A DNA stretch of 64,000 nt from Chamaesiphon sp. GTDB lineage: Bacteria > Cyanobacteriota > Cyanobacteriia > Cyanobacteriales > Chamaesiphonaceae. The DNA lies in the NCBI GenBank assembly GCA_965246735.1, contig CBDFFK010000002.1, forward strand, positions 131,855 through 195,854, given 5' to 3'. The position numbers and the translations under genes were made by a program. The notes beneath the pieces were generated by a model. It was not told where the DNA came from. It ran no database searches and saw only the letters and a program-made list of their open reading frames with translations. This document shows positions 44,920 through 55,909 of the stretch, piece after piece; position 1 is the first letter of the stretch; every line of letters begins with the position of its first letter.

Positions 44920-45187
44920 CTGATACCGATCTGTGGGATTGAGAATTAGTTCGATGCGATCTACGTCCTAAACTCTTGCATCTTCTAGTGTAGCTTCAGT
45001 TTTATTATTGCCATATTTGACGAGGGAATTAACATTTTAGTGTCTGGAACAGTGAATAGTGAGCAGTGAACAGTAGATAGGAGAAAGGGGATAGGGGATA
45101 GGGGCTAGGGGATAGGGGCTAGGGGCTAGGGGCTAGGACAGAGACTAAGCAACCATTCACTGTTAGCTGTTCACCGATCCCTATCCC

Positions 45188-45781
45188 CTATCCGCTCTTC
45201 ACCACTTTTGCCAAGGGCGAGATTTGCTTGACTTCGGTATTGAGATTGACGAAATAGAGTTCGATATTCAGCTCTGGGTAGCGCTCGCGAATTGCCCAAT
45301 AAGCCTTACTGAGATATTCAGTGTGAGTTGTCAGCTCCAATTCGGGATTACTCGCGAGACTGGGATCGATCTTATATTCGTAGACAGCACAATCTTGATG
45401 ATCGAGAACGATCACCTTCTGGATATGATGCAGCCGATAGGAGATATCTAATTGATCCCAAAATGCTTCAGCGTCATACTGATGTGGCATGCCACTGAGC
45501 GCGAGTGAGGCTCCCGCCAAAGCCGTAAAGTCATATTGGCCTCCCAAATTTTGGAGCGACAGAAAGTAACGTTCTGCCTCCAAAATTCGGTAATCGATAC
45601 AACTGAGCACGAGCGCCTTAGGGACTTTTTTTTCGGCTCTGGCCAGCGCCGGATCGATCGTCAGGGCTGTTGCCAGCACACCCGCGCCGACGAGATGGCG
45701 GAGAAATTGACGGCGATTTGCCATCGATGACGCGACAAGAGCGTCACGATCGCGCTGAAAACACTGACAACTATCCGGCAT
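45188..45781 (-). CDS. Beta-class carbonic anhydrase-like protein with twin-arginine signal
   Basis: NRRQFL + hydrophobic + ARA; CIDYR and HQDC zinc-ligand motifs. Confidence 0.75.
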   Translation of the reverse strand: MPDSCQCFQRDRDALVASSMANRRQFLRHLVGAGVLATALTIDPALARAEKKVPKALVLSCIDYRILEAERYFLSLQNLGGQYDFTALAGASLALSGMPHQYDAEAFWDQLDISYRLHHIQKVIVLDHQDCAVYEYKIDPSLASNPELELTTHTEYLSKAYWAIRERYPELNIELYFVNLNTEVKQISPLAKVVKSG

Positions 45782-46317
45782 GTTAGTTCGCTCTGATTGG
45801 AAAAAGTCAACTCCACCGCGTAACTATCGATTCTCGATGCGAGACGCTACGCGAACAAAGATTGTAGCGATTCGGTTTATGGTGAACAGTCTGTGTAGAT
45901 ATTTTATCAAAAGCTGACACGATCGCGTAGGGTGGCTATTACGGCAACGGTTAACAAAATCTCGGTCGCTCGAGTCTCATGGGGTTGTTTGGCACTAACT
46001 ATTTTGGTTAGTTAGACGTAGGCGGTTATGATACAATGAGTGCTGCCACACAAATATTTAACTAACCTTCATACTCTAGGTGAAAGTCACATGCGCGAGT
46101 AGTTCGATGTGCCAGCGGTAAGATTGACTTCCCGATCTCGAAACATCTACTCCGCAAATGCTTCAGTATATTAAGAGTGGATAATTCTAATGTCGAGCAG
46201 ACAGCATCCGTTCGCGTCGCGTTGCTACAACAAATCGTCGATCGTTAGTCGCCACGGGTTTTGAGCTTCCGCACTGTTAGTAAATGCGAATTGTGTTCTC
46301 GGCTTTAGTTAATCTTC

Positions 46318-46911
46318 ATGATATCTATTCAACTGATGCCTGCATCAACAGCCAAGTGGGACGATCTATTACTGAATGCCGATCTCGATCCGGCTCAGAT
46401 CGAACGGATGGCCGACAATTTAGAGACAATCGCCATCGCCTTAGTAGCACTGACACAAATCGGGAAGATCGAGATCGGACAAGCCTCCCGAGATTTGCAA
46501 TTAGAGTCGATCGTGGCCGAGTGGATCGATAGCTGGTCGTTGCCACCAACCAAATCACTCCAACGACTTGACGTTAAAGAACTCCGGGCATTAGTATTAG
46601 TTATCAGTCATCTCGCCCAAGAGTATCAGGCTCTCATCCGGCGCAATATTAGTTATTGGGAACAAACGATCGAGTATCGTCAGCTACCGCTGCAATCGCC
46701 CTCGTTAGCCGACTATATAAGTAATTTTCTTAAAATATATCAAGAGCGCAGCGGCAAACCGACAGATTTAGCTTTTGAAACTCTCTCTGAAGCTGCGCTC
46801 GGAGTGCTAATCGAACTGTTATTTTACAGTAGCCCGAAAGGTCACAAGCGACTTTGGAACGCGCTATTACAAAGATCTCACTTATCAGCCAGTTCGACAA
46901 CTCAAATTTAA
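46318..46911 (+). CDS. DUF3038 cyanobacterial protein
   Basis: LDVKELRALVL, LIELLFYSSPKGHKRLW. Confidence 0.78.
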   Translation: MISIQLMPASTAKWDDLLLNADLDPAQIERMADNLETIAIALVALTQIGKIEIGQASRDLQLESIVAEWIDSWSLPPTKSLQRLDVKELRALVLVISHLAQEYQALIRRNISYWEQTIEYRQLPLQSPSLADYISNFLKIYQERSGKPTDLAFETLSEAALGVLIELLFYSSPKGHKRLWNALLQRSHLSASSTTQI

Positions 46912-46932
46912 AATACTTATTTTCAGATCGAT

Positions 46933-49167
46933 ATGGAATCTCACAACTCGCCAACCAGCACGTATACCGCGCCAACTTGCACCCTCAAAGTAAGTAGCAA
47001 GGCCAAGCAGTTATCTCACCTCGATTCGCAACAGCCACCGCATGTCGGCAATTTTGTGCTGGAGATCGACCATCCCGATCGCGGCGAGTTAGAGCGCACT
47101 ACTTTACAAGGCGATCTGCGGTCATTAGAAAATCTCCAGTCGATCGTCAGCACTTATATCGCCGACCTGATCGCCAAGTTTCCGATCCCAACCACCACCG
47201 ATAGTCACCCACCAGCACAGCCGCAGCATTTGACGGAGATCGACCCACCGAGAGATCGATCGGTGCCCGCACAGCCCCCGACACCGCCAACATCGGGACT
47301 GATGCAAAATTTGCCAGGACTGCGCAATAGCCAGCCCAAAACCGCAGCAGAGACTCCCCCTGCTGACCGATCGACACAATCGGGTCATGGTAAAATCTCA
47401 AAATTAATCGGGTTCATGAATCAACGCGATCGCCAGAATCTGCCCCAAAGCGATCTCGCCCGATCGATTCCCCCCAGCTCCGTCCCGCCCAGTCCTGCTA
47501 TGGATGAGTCCGAAACCGCAGCAAATACACCCAAACAACCCTATCTGACGGGTGGCAATCGATCGCTCGACCACCAACTGCATCTCGGCGATTTAGCCAC
47601 TCCTGAGTCTGGAGAGATCCAGATCTTATCAGCCATTCAATTATTCGATCTTGCGACAGTTTTAGATGAGTACGTCGCAACTCAAGTAACTACCAGCCAA
47701 AGTGGTACTAAAGTCCATGCCCAATCGCTGGCTGCGGGTGGGGTCAAGCGAGCGGAGGCCGAAGCTACTGCTGCTTCACTATCGCGGTTGCCCAATTTAC
47801 CCCGAATGACCACCGAGCCAGAAGCAAATCCTGTCTACTATCGGCGACGTTCTCGATCGGGCTGGATGTCAGCGATCCCTTGGGCGGCGGCAGCCGCACT
47901 CCTAGTCGGCGCACCATTATTACTGTTTGGTTCCGGCTCGAATAATTCCTTCCAGGAGTGGGCTGGGACGCTAAAAATGCCGAACTGGCTATCGGCCGAT
48001 CGCACTGGCGATAAAAAACCAGTCGGATCGCGCCCGACAAGCTCACAACCAACTAATTCGAGTACGGGCGCTGATGGCACCCTCGCTACTAATTCTAGTG
48101 GTGCTCCGAGTGCGGCACTGCCCAAACCTTGGCAAGCACAGTCGGTGCAACCACCCAAAAATACGCTACCTACTGCACCTACTGGCAGTCAGAGCGGGCA
48201 AATTGCCAAAAATAATCTTGGAACCACCACATTGCCAGCGATCGTCTCTGGCACACAGGCTCCCAGCAATCCATTGATAGGAGGGATCGGTAGCGCCCCG
48301 AGCGCTGTCACAACGACACCACCTGTTGCTGCTAAACCTAGCACCAAGATCCCGACAACTCCCACCAGCAAAACTACTCCAGTCGCTGCAACAAAAACCA
48401 ACCCATCGACCAAAGCAACACCAAAGGCAACTAATACTGGCAATATATCGCTATCTACCCAACCGATTTTGCTGCCACAAGATCTCCCTAGCGATCGCAA
48501 TTCGACCCCCCGCTCCAACCAAACTGCCATCCCCCCACAAAATACCCCAGTTGGTGGCGGCATCAATCCACCCGCGATCGTCACTCCACCCGCGATCGTC
48601 GATCCTTACACTCCTAAAAAAGTCACCAACTCGTCAGTCAAACCAAAAATCGCCACCAAGCCCAGACCCCAAGCAAGCTCCTCAACAGTACCATTTTTGA
48701 CCCCATCTCCCACGATCGAGCCAAAGACGTACAAATCCAATCCCAATCTAATTACACCCCAACCGTCATCAGCGGAGAAACCCGTACCGCCCAATAACAT
48801 CACAGGTAGTGAGTCCCCAACGCCACAAGTCGTTCCCGATCGACCCATTCAAGCCAGCAACGGCCAAGTAGGTGCCGAGTCAATTGAAAATTCGTCTCTT
48901 CAAGAGGCCAAACGCTATTTTCAAGGCAAATGGAAAGCCAATCCCACCCAAACAAATTCACTCCAATACGTCCTTGATGTTAACGGCAAAAATGGTGTAG
49001 TGCGGAGCGTCAACCCTCAAGGTGAAGCTGCAACTGACTATCTCAAACAAACCAAACTCATCAAGCCAGGTCAAAAAATTGTCTCGCCAGTCGCAGGAAA
49101 TAGCGACCAAAAAATCCGGGTACTGCTCCAACCTGATGGGAATGTCGATACATTTATCGAACCTTAG
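46933..49167 (+). CDS. DUF4335 protein with one TM and Pro/Thr-rich region
   Basis: TYTAPTCTL, LSAIQLFDLATVLDEY, C-terminal RYFQGKW..LQYVL; usual neighbour of DUF3038. Confidence 0.75.
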   Translation: MESHNSPTSTYTAPTCTLKVSSKAKQLSHLDSQQPPHVGNFVLEIDHPDRGELERTTLQGDLRSLENLQSIVSTYIADLIAKFPIPTTTDSHPPAQPQHLTEIDPPRDRSVPAQPPTPPTSGLMQNLPGLRNSQPKTAAETPPADRSTQSGHGKISKLIGFMNQRDRQNLPQSDLARSIPPSSVPPSPAMDESETAANTPKQPYLTGGNRSLDHQLHLGDLATPESGEIQILSAIQLFDLATVLDEYVATQVTTSQSGTKVHAQSLAAGGVKRAEAEATAASLSRLPNLPRMTTEPEANPVYYRRRSRSGWMSAIPWAAAAALLVGAPLLLFGSGSNNSFQEWAGTLKMPNWLSADRTGDKKPVGSRPTSSQPTNSSTGADGTLATNSSGAPSAALPKPWQAQSVQPPKNTLPTAPTGSQSGQIAKNNLGTTTLPAIVSGTQAPSNPLIGGIGSAPSAVTTTPPVAAKPSTKIPTTPTSKTTPVAATKTNPSTKATPKATNTGNISLSTQPILLPQDLPSDRNSTPRSNQTAIPPQNTPVGGGINPPAIVTPPAIVDPYTPKKVTNSSVKPKIATKPRPQASSSTVPFLTPSPTIEPKTYKSNPNLITPQPSSAEKPVPPNNITGSESPTPQVVPDRPIQASNGQVGAESIENSSLQEAKRYFQGKWKANPTQTNSLQYVLDVNGKNGVVRSVNPQGEAATDYLKQTKLIKPGQKIVSPVAGNSDQKIRVLLQPDGNVDTFIEP

Positions 49168-49265
49168 GAGATGTTGAGAAATATAGTCAGTTAGTAGGGT
49201 GGGCACTGCCCACCGACTAGGTTTCAGGCATTGTCTATTTAATAAATAATTATATCTACCTATAT

Positions 49266-49310
49266 TAAAGAAGAGATAGGTTTATCTAAGATCAACCTAT
49301 CTCTTCTTTA
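49266..49310. terminator. Bidirectional terminator hairpin
   Basis: taaagaagagataggtt-loop-aacctatctcttcttta between convergent genes. Confidence 0.7.
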
Positions 49311-49349
49311 TACAGTATTCCCCATTATTAGGTAGGATAAAACTGAAAT

Positions 49350-50606
49350 TTAGACAGCATCTTCTAAGACTTGACTAGTAGCTTTCCATGTCAAGATCCC
49401 CGCGATCGTGACGATGATACTCATACCCCAGAGAACAGGCTGTAGGCCAAACCTATCTGTCAGTGGGCCAGTGATAACAAGTGGAATCGCCACAGCAATA
49501 TTCACAGCATTATTTTGAAAGCCAAACACCTTGCCGCGCATCGATTCTGGAGTCTTTTCTTGGATGAGAGTTTGCATCGGTACCGCGATTAGCGACGCGC
49601 CAAATCCTAAAATTCCCCCACACAATAAACCCATCCAGATATTATTAACGAATGTAAAAATTGCCAATACCAAACTCATTCCCAAAAAACCTACTAAGGG
49701 GAGTGATTTTTGTTGAAAGTGACTGCCCCAATGACCTAAAATTCCCGCCCCCAAAACTAACCCAATCCCTGCTGCGGCCACCAAAAATCCAAATTGCTTG
49801 GGTTCTAAGCCGACTTCGGCAGTAAGTTTAATTGCCAGCACGGGTAAAGCTGCGATCGTAAAAGATAACACGGCTATTTGCATCATTGCATTTAATAACA
49901 ACTTATTGCTCCGCAGATACCTAAACCCATCTTTTAACTCATTCCAGGGATTGATTCTTTTAGTATCTTGACGATTATCTAAAGTTTCTTCGATCTTCAC
50001 CAACTGTCCCAATCCGGCTGCGGCAAAATACAGCGATGCTACCAGTATTTCCTGTGCGCCATTTTTGCTAATATTAGTTGCCGCCGTCAAAATTGGTTCC
50101 CCGATCGCAAATCCGACAATTAAGGAAGCAGTTTGCGTTGTAGTAAATAAAGCATTTGCAGTTAATAAATTCTCATTTTTGACAACCAATGGAATCGCGG
50201 ACTGTTCGGCTGGCGCGAATGCTTGAGTCACTGTCGAGCTAGCAAAAGTAATCAGTAACAGGATCGCAAATTCCTTCGGCAATATCGGCAATAAGAGAAT
50301 TAACAACCCCCGCAAAATATCGGCGACAACCATAATCTTCTTTTTACGATGGCGATCGACAAATATTCCCGCCGCCGCACCAAAGAAAATTGCGGGGATA
50401 GTAGTAGCTACCATCAAATACGAACTAGAAGATGCCGCAATTTTAACTGGAATATTGTAGCTCGGTAACAACGCAATCGACATCACGATCAGTACCTTAT
50501 CTGCAATCTGTGATAGGATTTGCCCGCTCCACAGGAGTAAAAAATTACGATTTTTGAGTAGCGCTTTAAATCCGCTCGCTTCTGTAGGTGTTTTCGCAGG
50601 CAACAT
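49350..50606 (-). CDS. MFS transporter
   Basis: LLWSGQILSQIAD, GIFVDRHRKK, TPESMRGKVFG; multiple TM. Confidence 0.92.
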   Translation of the reverse strand: MLPAKTPTEASGFKALLKNRNFLLLWSGQILSQIADKVLIVMSIALLPSYNIPVKIAASSSSYLMVATTIPAIFFGAAAGIFVDRHRKKKIMVVADILRGLLILLLPILPKEFAILLLITFASSTVTQAFAPAEQSAIPLVVKNENLLTANALFTTTQTASLIVGFAIGEPILTAATNISKNGAQEILVASLYFAAAGLGQLVKIEETLDNRQDTKRINPWNELKDGFRYLRSNKLLLNAMMQIAVLSFTIAALPVLAIKLTAEVGLEPKQFGFLVAAAGIGLVLGAGILGHWGSHFQQKSLPLVGFLGMSLVLAIFTFVNNIWMGLLCGGILGFGASLIAVPMQTLIQEKTPESMRGKVFGFQNNAVNIAVAIPLVITGPLTDRFGLQPVLWGMSIIVTIAGILTWKATSQVLEDAV

Positions 50607-51153
50607 AGGCCGATCTATTAGTTGGTGGGGTAATGGGGGTGGGTAGATATATTTGCTACTAGTAACTAAATCCCGATCGATCTAGTTTGAAGATTTCGTG
50701 TGGGTGGAATTTGAGGATGAGTATTTAGATCCGGTAATTGTCGATCGTTACCTGCGATTGTACCTACTAATGGAGCGGAAAATTTAGTTAGATGTGACAG
50801 TTAGGTGAGTGGACTCTAGCTGGGACGATCCAAATCGCTACTATTGCTCGATCGAGGACTTAATGCTATAACAGATATACATTTAAGATCCGGGGTAAAT
50901 TCCGTCCGGCTGGTTTTTAAAAAATGCACAGTTTACTAGATCGGTGTCGCTACACTCACCAACTGAATGGCTCTACACTGTGTGAGTCACAGCTCGATCT
51001 AGCCAAACTTGTCGCTAACATCGCTCGTCGGCTACGACGATAAAAGTTATTTATCTTTGGTGCAATCGGTGCGCCTCCATAATTGAGCAATCGGTTCGGA
51101 AATTTTCTCCGAGCGATATTTTGCGTTATTAATAAATTTTTAGGAGTATTTTC

Positions 51154-52950
51154 ATGGCGAGCGAGTCGAACCCAGCACCCAAATCCAGCGAGAAACCCAC
51201 GACGATCGCCTATTTGACTACTCAACTCGATCGGGCGATAATCGCGGCGTTGGGGGCCGAATATGCTGGGACAGATCCGCAATTAGTGCTGTCGAGCAAT
51301 CCGAAGTTTGGCGATTATCAAGCAAACATGGCGATGGGGTTAGCCAAGAAATTGGGACAACAACCACGCGCAATCGCGCAATCGATCGTTGATAATCTCG
51401 ATGTCACCGCAGTTTGCGAGCCGCCGCAAATCGCCGGGCCAGGTTTTATTAATTTTATCGTCAGAGCCAGTTATTTAGCCACTCAACTCCAAACAATGCG
51501 TGCGAACGAACGCTTGGGAGTGCCAGTAGCAGCGCACCCCCAGCGGGTGGTAGTAGATTTTTCTAGTCCGAATATCGCCAAGGAGATGCACGTCGGACAC
51601 TTGCGATCGACTATTTTGGGCGATTGTATCGCGCGGGTGTTAGAATTTCGAGGTCATGATGTGCTCAGACTCAATCACGTCGGCGATTGGGGGACGCAGT
51701 TTGGGATGTTGATTCTGTACTTGCGGGAAAATTATCCCCAAGCTTTGACTACCGCCGACGCGCTCGATTTGGGCGATTTGGTCGAGCTATACAAGAAAGC
51801 CAAAAAACGGTTTGATGAAGATGCCGAATTTCAAGAAGCTGCTCGAAACGAAGTCGTCAAATTGCAAGCTAAAGATCCCGAAAGTAGCAAAGCTTGGCAA
51901 CTGCTCTGCGACCAATCGCGGCGAGAATTTCAGGTAATATACGATCGCTTGAACGTGCGACTGACCGAACGGGGCGAATCGTTCTACAATCCCTATTTAC
52001 CTGCGGTAGTTACCGATCTACGAGAGTCGGGATTATTAGTCGAAAGCGACGGCGCACAGTGCGTTTTCATCGATGGGTATACGAACAGAGAGGGCGATCC
52101 ATTACCGCTGATCGTGCAGAAGACCGATGGTGGTTATAATTATGCTACTACGGATTTAGCCGCTGTTAGATATCGGATTCAAGCCGACAAAGCCGATCGG
52201 ATTATCTATATCACCGACTCCGGACAAGCGGGTCATTTTGCCCAATTTTTCCAAGTAGCGAAACAAGCGGGATGGGTGCCCGAACATGTGGAAATCGTTC
52301 ACGTTCCATTTGGGTTGGTGTTAGGTGAAGACGGAAAAAGAATTAAATCGCGATCGGGTGATGCGATTAAATTAAAAGAATTGCTCGATGAAGCGATCGA
52401 TCGCTTCCGTAACGATCTAGAATCGCGGTTAGCAGCAGAAGAGCGTCGTGAAACTCCCGAGTTTATCGCGAATAGTGCCAAAATTGTTGGTTTGAGCGCG
52501 ATTAAATATGCCGATCTGAGTCAAAATCGGTTGAGCAATTATGTGTTCAGTTTTGACAAAATGCTCGCCATCCACGGGAATACCGCACCCTATATGATGT
52601 ATGCTTATGCGCGTCCGCAGAGCATCAGTCGGAAAGGTGGTATCGATTTCGCCCAACTCGACGATAATGCACCGATCTTACTCAATGAAGAAGCAGAGCT
52701 AACTCTAGCCAAGCAGCTACTCCAATTAAGCACGATTATTACTGAAGTCGAGCGCGAACTCTTACCAAATCGCCTGTGTCAATATTTATTTGAACTTAGC
52801 CAAAAATACAACCAATTCTTCGAACAATGTCCCGTACTCCAATCAGAAGAACCCATACGGACATCAAGATTGATTTTATGCGACCTCACCGCTCGAACTC
52901 TCAAGTTAGGATTGGATTTACTAGGTATTCCAGTCTTGGAACGAATGTAA
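51154..52950 (+). CDS. argS: Arginine-tRNA ligase
   Basis: [41 protein letters not shown]. Confidence 0.98.
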   Translation: MASESNPAPKSSEKPTTIAYLTTQLDRAIIAALGAEYAGTDPQLVLSSNPKFGDYQANMAMGLAKKLGQQPRAIAQSIVDNLDVTAVCEPPQIAGPGFINFIVRASYLATQLQTMRANERLGVPVAAHPQRVVVDFSSPNIAKEMHVGHLRSTILGDCIARVLEFRGHDVLRLNHVGDWGTQFGMLILYLRENYPQALTTADALDLGDLVELYKKAKKRFDEDAEFQEAARNEVVKLQAKDPESSKAWQLLCDQSRREFQVIYDRLNVRLTERGESFYNPYLPAVVTDLRESGLLVESDGAQCVFIDGYTNREGDPLPLIVQKTDGGYNYATTDLAAVRYRIQADKADRIIYITDSGQAGHFAQFFQVAKQAGWVPEHVEIVHVPFGLVLGEDGKRIKSRSGDAIKLKELLDEAIDRFRNDLESRLAAEERRETPEFIANSAKIVGLSAIKYADLSQNRLSNYVFSFDKMLAIHGNTAPYMMYAYARPQSISRKGGIDFAQLDDNAPILLNEEAELTLAKQLLQLSTIITEVERELLPNRLCQYLFELSQKYNQFFEQCPVLQSEEPIRTSRLILCDLTARTLKLGLDLLGIPVLERM

Positions 52951-53010
52951 AAATATAGATAGGCGGACAGTACAACCTGCCAAAATATCTATCGCCACCC
53001 AAAATTAGGT

Positions 53011-54207
53011 ATGAACCTCCCTACCAAACCCTCTGGGCATTTCTTGTCCTTGAAAACGATCGCTCTAGCGGTATTATCGAGTTTAGTGTGTGCTTGCAAT
53101 CCCCAGAAACCAGATGTTCTTAATGCCCAGACACCCTCGCAATCCTATCGTCTAGTCTCAGTGGTGAACGGATTAGAGCACCCTTGGAGCGTGGCGTGGT
53201 TGCCAGATCGCACCATGCTCGTTACCGAGCGTCCTGGGCGGCTGCGAATTGTGCGCAATGGGGTACTCGATCCCAATCCGATCGGTGGAGTTCCCTCTGT
53301 ACTAGCCAGCGGTCAAGGGGGATTGATGGATATTTCTCTCCATCCTCAATTTACCAAAAATCGGTTAGTCTATCTCACCTATGCTCATGGTACCAACACC
53401 GCCAATCGCACTCGGCTAGCTAGAGCCGTATTTGATGGCAAAAAGCTAAAAAATCTGCAAGTTATCTTTGAAGCTACTCCCGTCAAATCTGGGACACAAC
53501 ATTTTGGTTCGCGGATTACTTGGCTACCAGATAATACGCTGTTATTATCGCTTGGTGATGGGGGCAATCCACCACTGACGATCGATGGTAAATTACCGCG
53601 CTACCAAGCGCAAAATCGGCGCAGCCAGCTCGGTAAAGTCCTCCACCTCAAGGATGATGGTTCGATTCCCCGTGATAATCCCTTCGTCAAAGATGCGAGT
53701 ACCAACCCAGCAATCTGGAGCTACGGACATCGGAATATTCAAGGCATGACCTTCGACCCAGTTACCAAACGAGTTTGGGCGACAGAACACGGATCGAAAG
53801 GCGGTGACGAACTCAATCTGATTCAGAAAGGTAAAAACTACGGCTGGCCGCTGGCTACGTACAGTAAAGAGTACGAATTCCCTAATCAAGATATTTCACC
53901 GAATAAATCATTACCAGGCATGGAAGATCCCAAAGCAGTTTGGACACCTTCGATCGCCCCTTCAGGTTTGACCGCGTACAATGGGAAGCGATTTCCGCAA
54001 TGGCAAAAAAATCTCTTTGCAGGTGGTTTGGTCGAGCAAACGTTGCGAAGAATCGAGCTAGATGCCAATGGTAAAGTCGTCAACCAAGAGCAGATCTCAA
54101 TTGGTGCTAGGGTTAGAGATGTCCGTCAAGGCCCCGATGAGTTATTGTATATTTTGACTGACGAATCTGACGGTCAACTCATTCGGCTAGAGCCAGCACA
54201 ACAGTAA
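53011..54207 (+). CDS. PQQ-dependent sugar dehydrogenase (GSDH family), lipoprotein
   Basis: GLEHPWS, GQGGLMD, WSYGHRNIQG, GGDELN; lipobox LVCAC. Confidence 0.92.
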   Translation: MNLPTKPSGHFLSLKTIALAVLSSLVCACNPQKPDVLNAQTPSQSYRLVSVVNGLEHPWSVAWLPDRTMLVTERPGRLRIVRNGVLDPNPIGGVPSVLASGQGGLMDISLHPQFTKNRLVYLTYAHGTNTANRTRLARAVFDGKKLKNLQVIFEATPVKSGTQHFGSRITWLPDNTLLLSLGDGGNPPLTIDGKLPRYQAQNRRSQLGKVLHLKDDGSIPRDNPFVKDASTNPAIWSYGHRNIQGMTFDPVTKRVWATEHGSKGGDELNLIQKGKNYGWPLATYSKEYEFPNQDISPNKSLPGMEDPKAVWTPSIAPSGLTAYNGKRFPQWQKNLFAGGLVEQTLRRIELDANGKVVNQEQISIGARVRDVRQGPDELLYILTDESDGQLIRLEPAQQ

Positions 54208-54220
54208 AATTAACTCGCAC

Positions 54221-55279
54221 ATGCAAGATTATCGAGTATTAATTCATCCAATAACCTATCAACGATCGAGCGATTATCTCGATCGACTTAAATCTGGTGC
54301 GATCGCTGGCGAATATCTAACCAACAAATTAAAAGGCAATGATATTTCTCAGATATCGATCGAACGATTTATCGAACTATTAGTACAAACCAAACAGCCT
54401 TGCATCTTTGCCGAGAGTGCAATTTATGGCGATGGGAGAGATTGGAATCAAGCCGAACTCTCCCTCCTTGGTGACATCAGTATTGTGACACCAGTTACGG
54501 TCTACGATAATGGCCGACACGTTCGACCAGAAGTACATAGCAAACCATTTGCTGCGACGCTCATTTTTACCCCTGGTGCTTTGCTCCGCAACGGGCACGC
54601 TGTTCCCGCCGATTGGCAGGAAGTAACTAATGATGGTGCGTTCGATGCAGCTGCATATTATCGGTTGTACGAACGCAGATTATTACCAGGATTTACTTAT
54701 ATCAACAGCATCGCCCAATCTCACAATAAAAAAGCATTTATTACCATCCCTGGACTCGGTTGTGGACAATTTGCAGGGATATTTAAAGGACAATTAGGCG
54801 AACATCTGAAAAATACTTTAATCGAATTGCTAGAAACACATGGCGAGAGTTTTTCGCAGATCGCAGCAGTTTATTACGATCCATACTCAGAATGTGAAAA
54901 TCACCGCATGAACATAAACGGGATCGATTTCCTCGTCAGACCTTTGAATAGCGGTAATATCAGAAAATCTCAGCTATGCAAACCAGAGTTTTATGCCGAG
55001 ATCGAACATGAATTCGACAATTGTGAACTATTTAGCTTTGTCGCATGGGATCATATTTCTTGGCCTGGTAATGATTTTTACGAAGATATAAGAACGACTG
55101 ATGACGGCGTTAAAGCTGCGGCAACTAGTTCGATGGCGGTGATTACTGGGATTGAAGGTAAATACGATTCGCGTATCAATCACTATTCTCCACCAGCAGG
55201 GTATTCAGATTGGGGTGAAGTGGTTTCTAAAAACAAAATCCTGCTAGAAGTCACGAATAATTTAACGATCTTGCCATAA
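54221..55279 (+). CDS. Macrodomain-like protein resembling Legionella MavL (putative ADP-ribosylhydrolase)
   Basis: IPGLGCGQFAG loop; TKQPCIFAES, YERRLLP, AWDHISWPGNDF, TDDGVKAA blocks recalled as MavL-like. Confidence 0.7.
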   Translation: MQDYRVLIHPITYQRSSDYLDRLKSGAIAGEYLTNKLKGNDISQISIERFIELLVQTKQPCIFAESAIYGDGRDWNQAELSLLGDISIVTPVTVYDNGRHVRPEVHSKPFAATLIFTPGALLRNGHAVPADWQEVTNDGAFDAAAYYRLYERRLLPGFTYINSIAQSHNKKAFITIPGLGCGQFAGIFKGQLGEHLKNTLIELLETHGESFSQIAAVYYDPYSECENHRMNINGIDFLVRPLNSGNIRKSQLCKPEFYAEIEHEFDNCELFSFVAWDHISWPGNDFYEDIRTTDDGVKAAATSSMAVITGIEGKYDSRINHYSPPAGYSDWGEVVSKNKILLEVTNNLTILP

Positions 55280-55367
55280 TTTATATGACTTTCAATCGAT
55301 CGCATAAGTAAGTAAATGCAAATATTTATTGAATAGATATTGCCTGAAACCTAGCTTCGATCGGATT

Positions 55368-55604
55368 CTACGCCCCTTGCATCTTAGTTTGATATTCTGG
55401 ACTAGAGGGATCTAAGCTTGGAGTGCTAGAAGAGTTAGCTGGAGACGAACTACAGCTATTTGTCAGAGCAGCAATCAGCATAAACAAACTACCATAGACG
55501 ATCGAATCGATCTGAAATGGAGTTAATCTAAGTAAGCTTTTCATAGTTACAGCAGTAAAAGTTATTACGCTTATATAAACAGCAATTTCCCGATTTGTTG
55601 CCAT
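55368..55604 (-). CDS. Small hypothetical membrane/lipoprotein-like protein
   Basis: 78 aa, two hydrophobic stretches and Ser/Pro tail; may be spurious. Confidence 0.35.
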   Translation of the reverse strand: MATNREIAVYISVITFTAVTMKSLLRLTPFQIDSIVYGSLFMLIAALTNSCSSSPANSSSTPSLDPSSPEYQTKMQGA

Positions 55605-55644
55605 GTCTAAGTTTGATGAGGCTACGCCTCATCGAACTCAGGTC

Positions 55645-55725
55645 ATTAGAGTCGATGCCTATGTTGCCACGGGACACCTCTCCTTCAGAACGTAGCATGA
55701 AAGTTTCCCTTCACTACGCTCCTAG
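55645..55725 (-). mobile_element. Group II intron 3' fragment (domains V-VI)
   Basis: Minus strand gagcgtagtgaagggaaactttcatgctacgttc (DV) then tgaaggagaggtgtcccgtggcaacataggcatcgactctaat (DVI ending AY); no RT ORF or 5' end. Confidence 0.78.
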
Positions 55726-55909
55726 TTTACAGATACAAAGGTTCTCGTCGTTGGGCACTTTTAGCTAATGTGTCGTAAATACCGATCCAAGGGAGCTACC
55801 CAAACTGATTACAATAAAAATGTAGCGCGATCGATGGATTCCCCACCCAGCAGCGATCGGAGATTGTCACTAGCGCTACTTATATAAAAAGCTTATTCCT
55901 AGTCGCATT

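Noticed and set aside
46020-46300. Possible ncRNA or riboswitch in the divergent intergenic region
   Set aside because: No recognisable motif or convincing stems.
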